A DNA stretch of 64,000 nt from Bugula neritina (lineage: Eukaryota; Animalia; Bryozoa). The position numbers and the translations under genes were made by a program. This document shows, piece after piece, positions 50,057 through 63,700 of this stretch (position 1 is the first letter of the stretch; every line of letters starts with the position of its first letter). The notes below the pieces were generated by a model. That model was not told where the DNA came from, did no database searches, and saw only the letters and a program-made list of their open reading frames with translations. The DNA lies in NCBI GenBank assembly GCA_964035545.1, contig OZ037768.1:24027319-24091318 (forward strand), in the 5' to 3' direction.

Positions 50057-51990
50057 TTTTATCTCTAGTTCAATGAATTAAGCTGAAATTACTAAAAATA
50101 CAAATATAAAAGTTGAAAAATAATTTAGAAATACTCATGATCGAAAAAATAGATTAGAAATCAATTAGCAACGCACATATTCATAATGATAATTACAATT
50201 GTTGACTTTTATCATTTTTATTTTATTAATAAAAACTGTTTTAATTATGATCAAACTGTTTTAGTTTAACAATAACAATAATTATAATAATATTAATATT
50301 ATTAAATTTAATTATTATTTATATTAAAATACTTAAATTAGATTAAGTTGATTTATGTATATTCATTATTTCGCTATCATTATGACTTTCAGGCATGAAG
50401 TTGCAAATTCAGTAATTTACTTTTAATGCATTTGTCACTCTTAGAGATGCAAATTCAACATCCTAAATTAGAAAATACCAAAATTAACTTTAGACTGCTC
50501 AGCAAACTTATATAAAATGAAAATATTTCAATGTGAAGGTTATGTTGTTACATTGATGTCTCTTTTGCTAGCAAACCTTAGCGCGGGCTTATTTTCATCA
50601 AATGCCCATAAAATCAATGAGACTTGCAAAGAGGTTAAGTGCTCACAGGCTTTAAATGCTTACTCTGTTGAGCTGCTTTGAGAGACATCAAGCTGATAAT
50701 CTGGTCAAAGGTTATCCATATACCAATCACCAATGGTTATTATAATAATGATACTTCACAATTGTCACCATTGTCATTGCTGAAACTCAGGGCAAAATGT
50801 GGAGTAGTGTGCTTGTAGAGTAATGCTGCTTGCTATAGGTATAAGTATATCGCTAAAACTGTTGTAGATCCAAATCTAAAGATCATTATGATTATGGTTA
50901 TATATATATAATTATATTTATATTATTATTAATATATATTTAATTTTATGATAAAAATATACTGAAAGTGAAATAGTAATTCAAATTGAAATTGTGAATA
51001 GTCAATACTCAATAACTTTCAACTCAAAGTAACTTCTACTTTAAAGTCATACTGATAGTTTAAACACAAACACTAATACTAAGTTTTACATACTTCAAGT
51101 CACTGAGCTGGAATAGATATTATTGAGTTCGATGCTTCAAGTTTAAGGACTAAAAGTAAAAGTAATTGTTACAGTTAGTGTTACTAGTGTCACTACTACT
51201 AGTACTACTACTACTACTACTACTACTACTAGTCTAGTTAAGTAGTTTTACTTTGTGAGTAGAGTTTCTCATAGAAAAATATTCACTTTTACAAAATTCT
51301 GGTGAATAGGAATAGCTCTAGTGCATAGTGATAGTTAGACATGAGTCATGGTAATTTACAGTTTGGTAGATTTAATTTTATGCTGATAATTTATCAGAAT
51401 CATAAAATTTATTATTCATGACATAATCAGAATGATAATAGGATAGCCTACTATTTAAAACTCAATCTAAAGTTTTAGTTTCTAATTGCTGTTTTAATAA
51501 ACTGTTTAATTGCAGTTGTTGATGGTTTCAAATAATCATATTTCAAAAACAGCTATGATGGATTAGATAACAACAGGCTGGGCATATAATGTCAATAAAT
51601 TACTATTTGCATTTAGTTTTACTCATACTGGCTATGCTTTTCTATTGTGTTCAGTATGGATGGAAAAAAATGGTCCATGTTGTATATTCATGTAAGTAAA
51701 ATATAACCATGGCTATACACCAGTTTTTAAATTAAATTATGTTTCTAATTGTTAGTAATCATAATGGAAGGAAATTCAACATATGGAATCTAATTCTTTA
51801 TTTGTTAGTGTTTTATGGTGTGATGTAAATAAAATCTAGTTCATGTGATAATAGGAGTCATTATTTAATCACTACTTCCTTTTTAGATTGAGCACACAAT
51901 GAGCCAAGTTGAACACTTTTTCAGTGGTTTGATATTCACAGTCAGTTGAAAGTGTTTCTGATATATTCTTAGTTGTGTTGGGCACTTAAG

Positions 51991-54900
51991 ATGGGGACAA
52001 AGGCTAGGTTAGTTTGACTACTCAAGTATAAAATGAAAACTTTGCTATTCTCCTCTGAGACAAGCTAATGAAATGTTGCAGTTCTTGTTTCAATATCCTT
52101 GTTGGTTTGCTGTTAGTAATGAGGACATATTGGGCTGTGAGATAAATACCTCGTGTTACAAGTTATAAAATGGAAGTGAAGATTTAGTAATTGAATAAGT
52201 ATGACATGCGTTAGCTGACTGAAACATAAGCTGTTTCATGGAAGTGAGGCTATTTTCTCGTGTCATACTATATATTTTTTACTCAGTCTCATAACATGTC
52301 ATTGTGTTTCCCTAATCTAGAGCTCATATCTATGAATCAAAAGCAGGAAAAGATGAGGCTGAAGATAAAATTGTCTGCTTCAACCATTCCAAAGAGCTGG
52401 CCAACATGAGGTTAGAGGGCGTGACTTAGTCTAATAAGTAACTGTTTGAGATTATAGGGTTATCTCTTAGACATGTTTCATGTGGTTACTCACTGAGCTA
52501 AAGGGTTGTAATATTATGTTCTGATGTTAAAATAACCCCCTTTTTACTACATCCTTGTTCTAAATATTTAGGATCAAAGTGAAAAAATAACTTGAATTGA
52601 CTGAAAGCTCTGGGATTTAGCATCACACGGTGATACAGTTTAATTTACTCTTGGAATGGTCTAGTGTTGACATATTTCACTACACACAGTGAGATATTCC
52701 AATATTATTTCACTTGGTGGAGTTGTCCCTCTTTTTCAGATGTCATGAGAAAGTAGATTTCTTTCTACACAGACCTATAGTTGAGTACGTGGTGATATTT
52801 CTTATAATTGCCGATGCAATTCTTGTGACAGCGTCACTTCTCCTTGAAATAAAGATAATAGAGCAATCAGGTTAGAGTTGTCTCATCTCATTTAGTTTTA
52901 ATTTTTATTCACGAAATTTAATGTTGAAAGTGAAAGGTTACTAGACCCCTGTAAACAAATGCCATAACAGCATTTTCAATGTGTTTTCTAATGAATTTAA
53001 CAGTGAAAAACTGACTTGAAATCAAGTCATATATTTCAATATATCATAAGAAATAACGATGACATAAATTGTTTTACTCTGCACACTGAACTTGTGTGAG
53101 AATTGAAATGAAATGGAAATGAGGAGTATACATTGAACAGCTGTTATTTTAGGGAGTTTGTGTGGGGTAAGTTTCTATGACAACCATGACTCATATTTCT
53201 ATTACACTGGCTAGGAACATTCCAGAAGTATTCTCATTAAACTGCCTTCTTTTTATTTGCGTTTCATGTTATATTTCGAGGCTGAAATTATCAACTGGCT
53301 GTAATTTTATTTGCTATCAACTTATGCTGCTTTAAAAGTTGCAAACATTGTATTTCTGTAGTCGGCATTATTTCTGAGCAAACTCATGGTACTTTGTTTC
53401 AAGTTGAAACAATATTTTGTAACGAAGCTGAAATAAAATGTCGACTGATACACCGCCCTCTGGTGGACATCAATTCTCTAATCTAATTGAGGATATTGTT
53501 TGGCAGCATTGTGATTTCTAACCTGATTCAGACAACTTTGTAGAAAGTGCCCCGCTGTGCTTGTCTTTATTATTTAATGCAACTTGACCTTGACATGACC
53601 TTGATGTGACCTCTGTCACTAACTTTCTCAAACAAACATCTTTTACTTCTTATAAGTTTCACGCTAACATTTTTTTGAAAAAGTTGATCAGAATGACAAA
53701 CTTTTCTGTAGCTACTCCTATTTATCTCTTTCTATTAGTACCTCACGCACTCGATAGTCACCGTTACGAATCTCCTGTCTTACTGTAGCTGAAGATGCTG
53801 TGACAGCCACCACCACCACCGCATCAGGAGCCACAACTCCTCATTCCGCTAGTCATAGTAGTCTAGATGTGGCCGCAGAAGCCCTGCACATTAGCAGCTT
53901 AGTCATTCTCACTCTCTTTCTTATTGAGGTAGGAAAGATTCATCTGTTTGCTGTGTTTGGTTGGCGTGTAAAACTCTGACATTCTGATATTGATGTGTTA
54001 CTTTGCAGATATTTCTCAAGTTGTATGGACAAAGAGAGAAATTCTTTAAGAGGAAGTTGCAAGTGGTAGATAGCTTTATAGTGGCGATATCGTTTGGCCT
54101 TGACATTGCGGTGCTGATCATCAATGATATTGACTCTAGTATTATCAACGGTCTCGGCCTCATCATCATTCTACGACTCTGGAGATTTGTGCGGATAGTA
54201 AATGGTAGGTGTTTATGGTATGTAGGAGTGGAACCAGCAGTGGGTGGTGTGTAGGGGTGTAGCCAGCAGTGTGTGGTATGTAGGGGTGTAGCCAGCAGTG
54301 TGTGGTTTGTAGGGGTGGATTCAGGGTCTCTAACCATTATATCACAGCATATATCTGGAATAGTATACATTTGTTTTCATTCAATTAGATTCCACAGTTT
54401 CAATTCTATATGATTAAATACAGTATCTGTAGAAGTGAGAATCATCATGTGTCACATTCATCATCTGCCTGTCAGCATGTGTCATATTCACCACCTGCAG
54501 CTGCCTGTCACCATGTGTCACATCCACCACCTGCAGCTGCCTGTCACCATGTGTCACATCCACCACCTGCAGCTACCTGTCACCATGTGTTTCTGTCTTC
54601 TGCAGGTGCTGTCGTAGCGACTAAAGAGAAGCTGTCAGAGGAAATGCATGAAGTTAAAAGACATAACGCTGAACTCACAGAGCGAAATGCAGAACTCGAG
54701 GTAACTACGGCAACCTCCCTAACAACACATTGTTTGACTACCAGCAGTGTATAGTAGTACCTGAATATAGTCAACAGTGTATAGTAGTACTTGAATATAG
54801 TCAACAGTGTATAGTCATACCTGAATATAGTCAACAGTGTATAGTAGTACCTGGATATAGTCAACAGTGTATAGTAGTACCTGAATATAGTCAACAGTGT

Positions 54901-56671
54901 ATAGTAGTACCTGGATATAGTCAACAGTGTATAGTAGTACCTGAATATAGTCAACAGTGTATAGTAGTACCTGAATATAGTTAGACTCTCTCATTCCCTT
55001 AGATTGTCACAGCTCTTCTCGATTTGTGACCAAGTTGCAGTTTATTCAAGGGTTGTGTTCTCTGTGTGAAGTGTGTAAGAGAGTGGGTGACTCCCAACAC
55101 CTCAATGTAAAAGCTCTGCTCTGTATTACAGCTGGCGATAGAGAACAAGGAGAAGGAAATAGACTTCCTGAAAGGGAGGTTGGCGAGATACGAGCCAATA
55201 GACATGGTGCCCACCGGCTCTACCCGACTTCCTGCGTGTTAGTATATTTCCTGTTTTACATTCTACCAGGATGGGGGGGGGTAAAAATGTGCCCTCGATG
55301 TGTTATGATAGCATGAGTGATACTTTGTGTAAACAATAGTGACTGCTTTAGTTAGTAAAGTGTTGTTTGAACATTTCACTCTCTCATCACCCTCAGGCTT
55401 GAATACAGCAATCTAAGGCTATAGTTCAACAGGATGGAGGTGGGGAGGGAGGCTGATGTAAGGAAGATATTATTAAAGCTCTAAACTGATACAAATCACA
55501 AGCTAGCAGTTGACAGTCTGTAGTGTGAAAAGAGTGAACTTATCAGCTGCTCTGATTACAATAACATTTCTATTACACAGTCTTATCTGTTACATCTTTC
55601 CCAGCTTCCTTCATAACTGACAGCACCTTATCTGAACATGTGATTCCTTGTCACAGCATAATTGTTTAAACACTGCTGTTCTTATTGCAATAATTCTTGT
55701 AGGGGGGGGGGGGTTGTGACATTCGCATTGTTTACATTGACTCACAGTCTATGCTTTCCTGTAGCCTGTGAACTCAACTTTACTTTATGTGAGGAAGGTA
55801 GGCCTCTCAGCTATTGTAGAGGTTGACGTATGCCCTCATGACATCACCAGTGACCTAAATAATCTGCTGCTTGCAGTCTATTTCAATTCCAAACGTTAAA
55901 TATTTTCCAACTGTTGTTAGATCTGCCAGAGACGAGGGAATTCCCCAAACAGGTGCTGGGAGATGTTACGGATGACGAGGACTACAGGGTGCAGGGTTTC
56001 GCAGGTCAGTTGATTGTTTCCTTTTTTACCAAAGAGTGGTGGTTCGCTGGTGGGTGTGGAGGTGTAGGTTTCGCTTAACTTGAGTTTCTGTTTGTGTGGC
56101 GTGACAAGAGCATTGCTAGCTCGTAAGTTGAATTATTACCTTGTAGACGTGCACCATACGACAGGGAAGCCCAGAATTACTCTAAGTACTGCAGGTACGG
56201 CTTTCCAGGCCTACCAGCCCGGAGCCACGTACCAGCCCACCAGCCAGTACCCCACCGAGCAGCTCCACAGATCCCCCAACGCTGTCGGCAGCAGTGCCAG
56301 ACTAGGCAGTGGTGGAGAAACTGGTGGGGGCTATAGGGGGACTGAGGAGCCAGGAGTGGAGACAGCTGATGAATCAGATGTTGTGTCTATAAAACCTGCC
56401 AAATACAGGAGTGGAAATACCTTTACAGTGAAAAAGGTGAGTAAGGGGGTGGGGGGAGTGTGGTTATTGAAAGGTGGAGGGGGCGTGGTTATTGAGAGGT
56501 GGAGGGGGCGTGGTTATTGAAAGGTGGAGGGGGGGCGTGGTTATTGAAAACTAGATATTTTGTATCTAGATAATAAAACTGGTTTATTGAGCTATTAATA
56601 GCAACACATTGCCTGCTGCCTACATAATGTTTATATTTCTGTAGGATGGAGTTCCAATGACCTCTTTATGA
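51991..56671 (+). CDS. Voltage-gated proton channel (Hv/HVCN1-TMEM266 family) with a long C-terminal tail
   Basis: Exons: 51991-52007, 52321-52410, 52740-52870, 53789-53928, 54009-54204, 54606-54700, 55132-55237, 55921-56004, 56195-56436, 56645-56671 (TGA). S1 VVIFLIIADAILV (Asp112-equivalent), S2 LHISSLVILTLFLIEIFLKLY, S3 VVDSFIVAISFGLDI, S4 LIIILRLWRFVRIVNG (RxWRxxR plus Asn). A coiled coil follows, there is no pore domain, and the protein ends DGVPMTSL*. Confidence 0.9.
54465..54980. repeat. 33-bp (54465-54590) and 30-bp (54742-54980) minisatellites flanking one Hv exon
   Basis: Units CTGCAGCTGCCTGTCACCATGTGTCACATCCAC.. and CAACAGTGTATAGTAGTACCTGAATATAGT. Confidence 0.88.
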
Positions 56672-57754
56672 GCTACAAATTAACTGTAGACCTCGCTGTC
56701 ACCGTCCAATCTATTGTCTATTCTCTGACTTATGATCAGAAATCATACTTGGTCTTCCATCATGTGTCTAATTATGTTTCTTTAATAAACTTTTTGTATT
56801 TACTACATGAAAAAGAAGACAACTTCACTTATTATTTGCATAATATTATGTTTACACTCTTTTATCATTGTAAATAATTTGTTCTAATCATATCAAGTAT
56901 TTATGTATTATCTATGGCTGTGACTGATATTATTTACCACAATGAGATTGATTTAGTTCATGTTGCAAGAAAATTTCATTATACTTTTTTATTATTATTA
57001 ACAATTTTATGCTGTGTTGAAAGAACTTTATTTAACTGTGAATCATCATGATAATAATATACGATTATATAATCACTATAATCTGTGTCGTGAATTTGCT
57101 CAAGGAAAATAAAAGTTAACACAATATATCATAACAGATTTAAAATTGTCTTCACATAATAGTAGGCTGCAGAGAGTTGACAGTTTATAGACTGATTATT
57201 TGACTGTGATTTTGTGCCGATCTAATACTCTGGTACTTAGTCTAATATTGGGATGCTAAACTTTATTGAGTTTAGCCACATTATTTTATTGAAACATTTC
57301 ATTGCAGCTTTCGGTCATCAAATTTTAAATAATTCAATTGTCAAGAAAAACAGTCAAACCTTTCTCCCAGAAATAAATTATTTATGTTTGCTATTTTTAT
57401 AATTTTTTTAGTACCATGATATAACTTAAATTTTAATTATATAGCAATAGACATGTTATAATGGGAAAGCTATAAAAGTATAAAGTAAATAAAACCACCA
57501 CGCAGCGCAATAGGATGCATCATGGTTTGACTCTTCGGTCGACTCTTTCAGTTATAAATGATGAACACAGCGAGTCATCTTCGAGATAAAAAATAAGTGG
57601 GCATAACTCTTGAGTATATTTCCTGCCACTTTGTTTTGCTTTCTTCATTGCAGGTTTGTAAGGCACAAGTGTCGGCTGCTTTTGTTCACTGTAACAATAC
57701 TAATTAGTCCAACTCTTTGACAAAATATACTAACAACCTGCAACTGTTGGTTGT

Positions 57755-60700
57755 ATGCATCTATTTGAAATGGGTCTCTCGGATGATGAATATGTGATGG
57801 AAGAGTTGAATGATCTGCCATACTACCATGGATACATAAATTCGTCCAAGGTAATACTAACACTAATACTAATAGTAATACTAATAGACATACTCATAGT
57901 GATAGTAATAGTAATACTAACACTAATAGTAAATAGTAATACTAATAGTAATACGAATAATATTACTAATAGTAATACTATTAGTAATACTAATGCTTAT
58001 ACTTATACTGATACTGATGGTAATAGACAATAGACTAAATAGTAATACTAATCAGTATCATTATTACTATTACTATTACTATTACTATTAGTATTACTAT
58101 TACTATTAGTATTACTATTAGTATTACTATAAGTATAACCAACTATTACTATTAGTATTAGTTATTTAGTATAAGATTTAGTATCACTGTACTAGTATTG
58201 GACACTAGTCTTAGATTTACTTATACTTTTAGTATTAATATTAGTAATACTAATATTAATACTAATACTAATAGTACTACTAAAAGTAAATCTAAGAAAA
58301 TGTTCAATACTAGTACAGTGATACTAATACTAATACTAATAGTTATACTTATACTTATAGTAATACTAATAGTAATACTGATACTGATTCAGTGATTGTG
58401 ATACTCATTAGTCATTACTAATACTAATAGTAATGCTAATAATAATAGTAATACTTATACCAATACTTATGTTTTATAGTTAATGTTATAGATTATAGAA
58501 TATAGAATATAGCCTATTGAGTTATATTTCTAGTTACACTAATACTAATAGTAATACAGTAATAGTAATACTAATACTAGCTCTTGCCTAGATCAGCCTT
58601 GTCCTAAAGTTCATCTTCATCTTGATCTTCACTTGAAGTTGATAATCCTAGGCTTATGCTTTAAGTTTAACTTCTACTTAAAAAGTAGTGAATAGATATA
58701 CCAATACTTATACTAATACTGATACTATAAGTAGACTTTTCCTTGGTCTTTAACTTCAGGTAAAAAAGTGGCATAATAATAATAATAATAACTGTTCATG
58801 TTGGTGTTACTGTTAGTTATCATTATGCTTATAGTGCTACTATTACAACTAGCCTATTACTATTAGTATTAGTATTACTATTACTATTAGACTTACTTCT
58901 AGTATTGCTATTTCCCATACTGTATAAGTGTAAGTATCTGAAAAATGATTATGATAGCAATTTATTTATTCTTTAATTTATTATTGAAATAAAATCCGTG
59001 ATAAACTCATTATTTTATCATGATTAACTAAATATAAATGGTGTTCGGCTAGTAACTAAAATCCATATGTAGGCCTAAGATCCATGTTAAGGCCAAGGGA
59101 ATAGATTTGGAGAATTTAGTAATACTGTAGTTATAACCAAGTTTAGGCCAAAGTTGTATTGAAGATTATGATTGTGCAATATGAAGACATGGGATATGCT
59201 TATCCCCTATTAATATCTTCAACTGCTTAAACCATTAGGGTGACTTTGATAATCGTATTATCTTATTATTTTGTACTGAATAACAGCTGTTTAATCTTGG
59301 CATATACAAGTTAAACTTCCACTAATTACTATTAGTAAATTAGAAATCTTATTATATAACTGTTTGTTAGTGTGAATGCAGTGTAAAGTTGAATGCAAGT
59401 TGAATCTAGACTCAAACTGAGATAGTGTTCAATCATAGAATGCCCGATAGTACAAGCCACATGGAATATTATTGTAGTAGTTGTGGTGATGCAATGCTGT
59501 GCTTAGGTAATTACTGTTATATTCCAGGCTGTGGCACTGTTACGTCACGAAAGACCTGGGACATACCTACTTCGTCAGAGTACCAACATACAACACAAGG
59601 GTACCTTCACCATATCCGTCATCAAGTATGTATACCAATATACGATACAGTATAGTGTCATACTGTACTAGAAGTTGGGCTGTAATGTACTACATAACAT
59701 AGTATATACTATAATACTGTGTATTGTATAGTGCAGAGTATATTACATAGCATATAATATGTTATAAAGTTTGTAATATATTATACAGTATGTAATATAT
59801 TATACAGTATGTAATATATTATACAGTATGTAATATATTATACAGTATGTAATATATTATACAGAATTAGAACTGTTCTTGCGGGTGGGGGAGGGGGTGT
59901 AGCGTCTTGTACCGAAGTTTCTCTGGAACACAGGCTTTTTGCACTCTGTAAAGGTCACCATGTACTAAAACCAGCCAGTGTGGTGTTGGCCTTGTTTCCT
60001 CACCACCAGTCACTGTCTGGTTTCCTCGTTGTCTGGAAAGTTCTGTTTTTGCTATTTATTTGTTGACCCCGTGTTGACCTTGTACTGTAAGCTGGTCACA
60101 TCCTAGTACTATCTCATGTCCCGTTGTATGAACATATCTTACGTCTGGGTGTGCCTTTTATTTTGACGATTTGTGGATATTATTGTAGTTTTCTTATTGC
60201 ATTTGAATCCATGAACTGAGCGACTATTGAAGGGCTGACAGCGACTAGTTTTCCTCTGCTGACTTGCGGCAGCGTATTTCATGTGATAATATTATATTTT
60301 CATTACTATACTATCAGAATATTGAGATGTGGATAGTTCCTTCTCGTTTCTATACTTCAGCCAGCTGGATAGATATTAATTATACGTTTCATTAGCCCTT
60401 CATCCTGCTCTGTGCATACGAGGCCCCTTCCCCTGAGAGCCATACACTATATTATAGTATTAGCATAGTCAGTGTATTCATTACGTTGTTATGTCGTCTC
60501 TAGGATGTTGTTAACTTTTTGATGTGAGTCAAGAAAACCAGGCCTGGGGTCGGCTAACCTGGACTTATAATTGAGTATAATATTTCTACCAGCCGTATCT
60601 CCAGCTCTTAGCCTATCTAGTGCTCAGTAAATTAGAATTAGCTGGTTAAATATGCCATTAGCCGGGATTTGCTTTCCACTCAGGTAGTATAATATACCAA

Positions 60701-63700
60701 CCTTCTTTTCAGTACTTGCCAGGTATTACGAAATAATTTCAACATCGAGTAAACTTTGAAGCAGCAGCTGTTAGTGATTATGAGAGAACCAATTAATCTC
60801 GAGTGTGTATACTTAGTCTTATCTGTTTAGCTGCCTAGTGCATGCAATAGTGCTGCAATCTTTGGGTAACAACAGCGGTAGGTTGAATCTTTCTTTATAT
60901 CAGTTTCCCATCACCTTGTAATACATTACGTGCTGGTTTTATTTTCAAAGTGTTTTAGCTAATAAATATCTCATCACTGGCAGGGAGTAAAACTAACATA
61001 GAGATGCATTGTTTAGCTGTGGTGTTTATTGACATGGGCAGCGTGCAGCTTGTTTATTATGGGATTGTTGTGTTGATGCTGCATTCCACTGCAAGACAAA
61101 CACGTCCTTTGAACTCCTTGACCTCTCATCTCTTTCCCACAAGGACTCTAAGTGATTCACTATTCATATCGACTACTTATAATCCATATTAACCAGGGTT
61201 TATCCATCATCTCAACTTAACAATAGACGGCTAGCTTCGTCTATGCACTGGATATGGCAAACAAATGGTGTTTTGATTTGATGAAGTCTCAGTTGAGTGC
61301 AAAAAAGAGCATTTTCTTCTCTATGAATAGAATATTACTGACTGGTGAAATTTGAAAGAGTGGATTTCCTGTTGGCCACGGCTTGGCCATCAGTAAACTA
61401 ATGGGGAGATGATGTAGTTTAGAGGTTAATTATATCTGTCTATGTTATGTAACATCCTGGTCAATGCAGGATGTTACTGTATAGCAGCTACACCATTTCA
61501 AGTGTGTTGACACACAGACAGAAAGCTCTGTAGGCAGTTGACATTGTATATATTTCCCATAACAAGTCATAGCTTATACTTCATTAGCTGCTGAAATCTG
61601 CAGCAGAAATTGGAAAACTGCAGTAAGCGAACATTGAAAGCTATTTTTATTGTTAAAAGCAGGCATTTAATTTCAATTTTCTCTGCATGATCATTATGAA
61701 CTATACTTGTTCGTACCCCACACTGTATTACATTGCCACACGACCTTGACACACATTGGTAGAGTACCATCAGCACCTTGTCACCACTGACTCACTGAGT
61801 ACTCAGCTGCCTGGAGATATGATGTCATCAAATACCAAACTATTGACTACCTTTTCTCGACTTTGTTGTGATTGCTGTTTGAGAAATACATTTGTTCTGC
61901 TATCATGTTATGGTTTGGACTTTAAGCTTTGAAAAGTTTTCTTTATTTTGATATACAAACACAATGGCCTGGCTTGCTATTCATTTGCTTATAGTTTGCA
62001 ACAAAGAAAGTCTCTAATGTAAATGATATGAAACCTCTTAGTGTAGATAACATCTCTTGCTTTTCAGAATGTTTTTAAGGAAAACACAATTAGCTTAATG
62101 TGCTGTGGTAATTGTCTACACAACAATGACTTCAATGTGCTGCGTGTGTTGGAAATATGTTTAAAGTCTTCTCCACTTTGATGTGTTGTGATGTAATTTT
62201 ATTATGTATTATATATTATATTATATATATTATATATTATGTATCAACATTCACAATTTGTTAGTATCTTCTTTTTGTAGACAGTTTAGTATTTCTAGTG
62301 TAATGAATAGAATAAAATATAGAAATAATTGAAGTGGGCTGAAAATTTTTTCTTGTAATAATGGAATTTATTAACAATAGAGAGGATAACTACTAAATCT
62401 TTCAAAGAACGGTTATAATTAATCATTTTCATGATTTCAAATTTTTCAAGACTTTCTGGTCATATACTGTTTTGGCAATCAAATGGTTTTAGCCTACGGT
62501 CATCATATGTCAAAGTGTTTCGGCCCCTCCCCCCTCCCTTATGAGCGCTATAGAGGGGTAGCTACTATAATTAACGTTGTCAAAGTTGCCCGCTTATACA
62601 GCTGTCTGTAGTAACCATTGCCAGCTACATCAGTTTAAATATATTCTGGCTGTGAATTAATATGTTGATCTCATGTATATATTCAATGTGATATCACGTC
62701 TACTATAATCAGTAGTATGTCCAAAATGCATAATGTGTTTTCTCTTATATGCAATGGTATATTTTGGGAGGTATTTCAGAAATTTTCATTAATTATTATA
62801 AAATCTAATTTTGGAAGCAATGCTTCAGTGAAGAATGATTCAGGTTGCAGTTCACTGATTTAATGAATTCATTACATAATGTTATTTATTATCTGGTCAC
62901 CCTTGACTTTAATCTATTAGTACCTTCAGAGTTCAGTTAGACTAGAGAGAGAGTAGTATGTCACAGGCACTTCCTCCTTTATCACGTGACAAACTCTTGT
63001 CAATTCATAAATAAAGAAATAGCATGTGATATGCTATTATGATACAAGATACTGCCAACTGTGTTGTAATGTTTTTCTTAGTTGCTCAACTCACTGGTCT
63101 TGTCACTTGGAAAGATCCATAACTCTTATTAAAACGCATCAGGTTGCGAGAAAGTAGCTAGAAGCAGCACAGAGTTAGTGGTTACTCGGTGTATTGGTTG
63201 GGCGTGCTGAGTTTACACAACGAGGGCTATACAAATTTTGCACTCAGTCACCCCAACTCGGTGCTGCTTCTAGCAATATTCAAGCTGCAACTGTGCGCAG
63301 ATTTGAGAGTTCTTCACATCGCTTTAGTTGTAGCATAAACTCTTCTGCAGATCTCTAACTCTGTATGTACAGAATGTGGTCTATTTGTTGTAGAAACAGA
63401 ACAGACAAGAGAACGGATATATACCACTTCACGGTGCTGGGTACTAGGGGGTCTTACTACGCCAAGAAGGGGGTCAACTTCAAGAGAGTGGTGGACCTCC
63501 TCCAGTACTACAAGAACAACGACTACGAGAATCACCTTGACATTCCCAACATCAGACTCGTGCACTCGTTAGACAAACCCGACTACGTCACGCCATATTC
63601 CTACGCCTCAGTCGAAGGTCGATTCGAGAATCTCATGGCTCATTTACGTCAATTAGATGAGGTGACCGGAGAGGAGATATGCGAGTGTGGCATAGGGGTG

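Noticed and set aside
54410-54984. Cys/His-rich and Tyr-rich repeat ORFs
   Set aside because: They are translations of the 33-bp and 30-bp minisatellites around one Hv exon.
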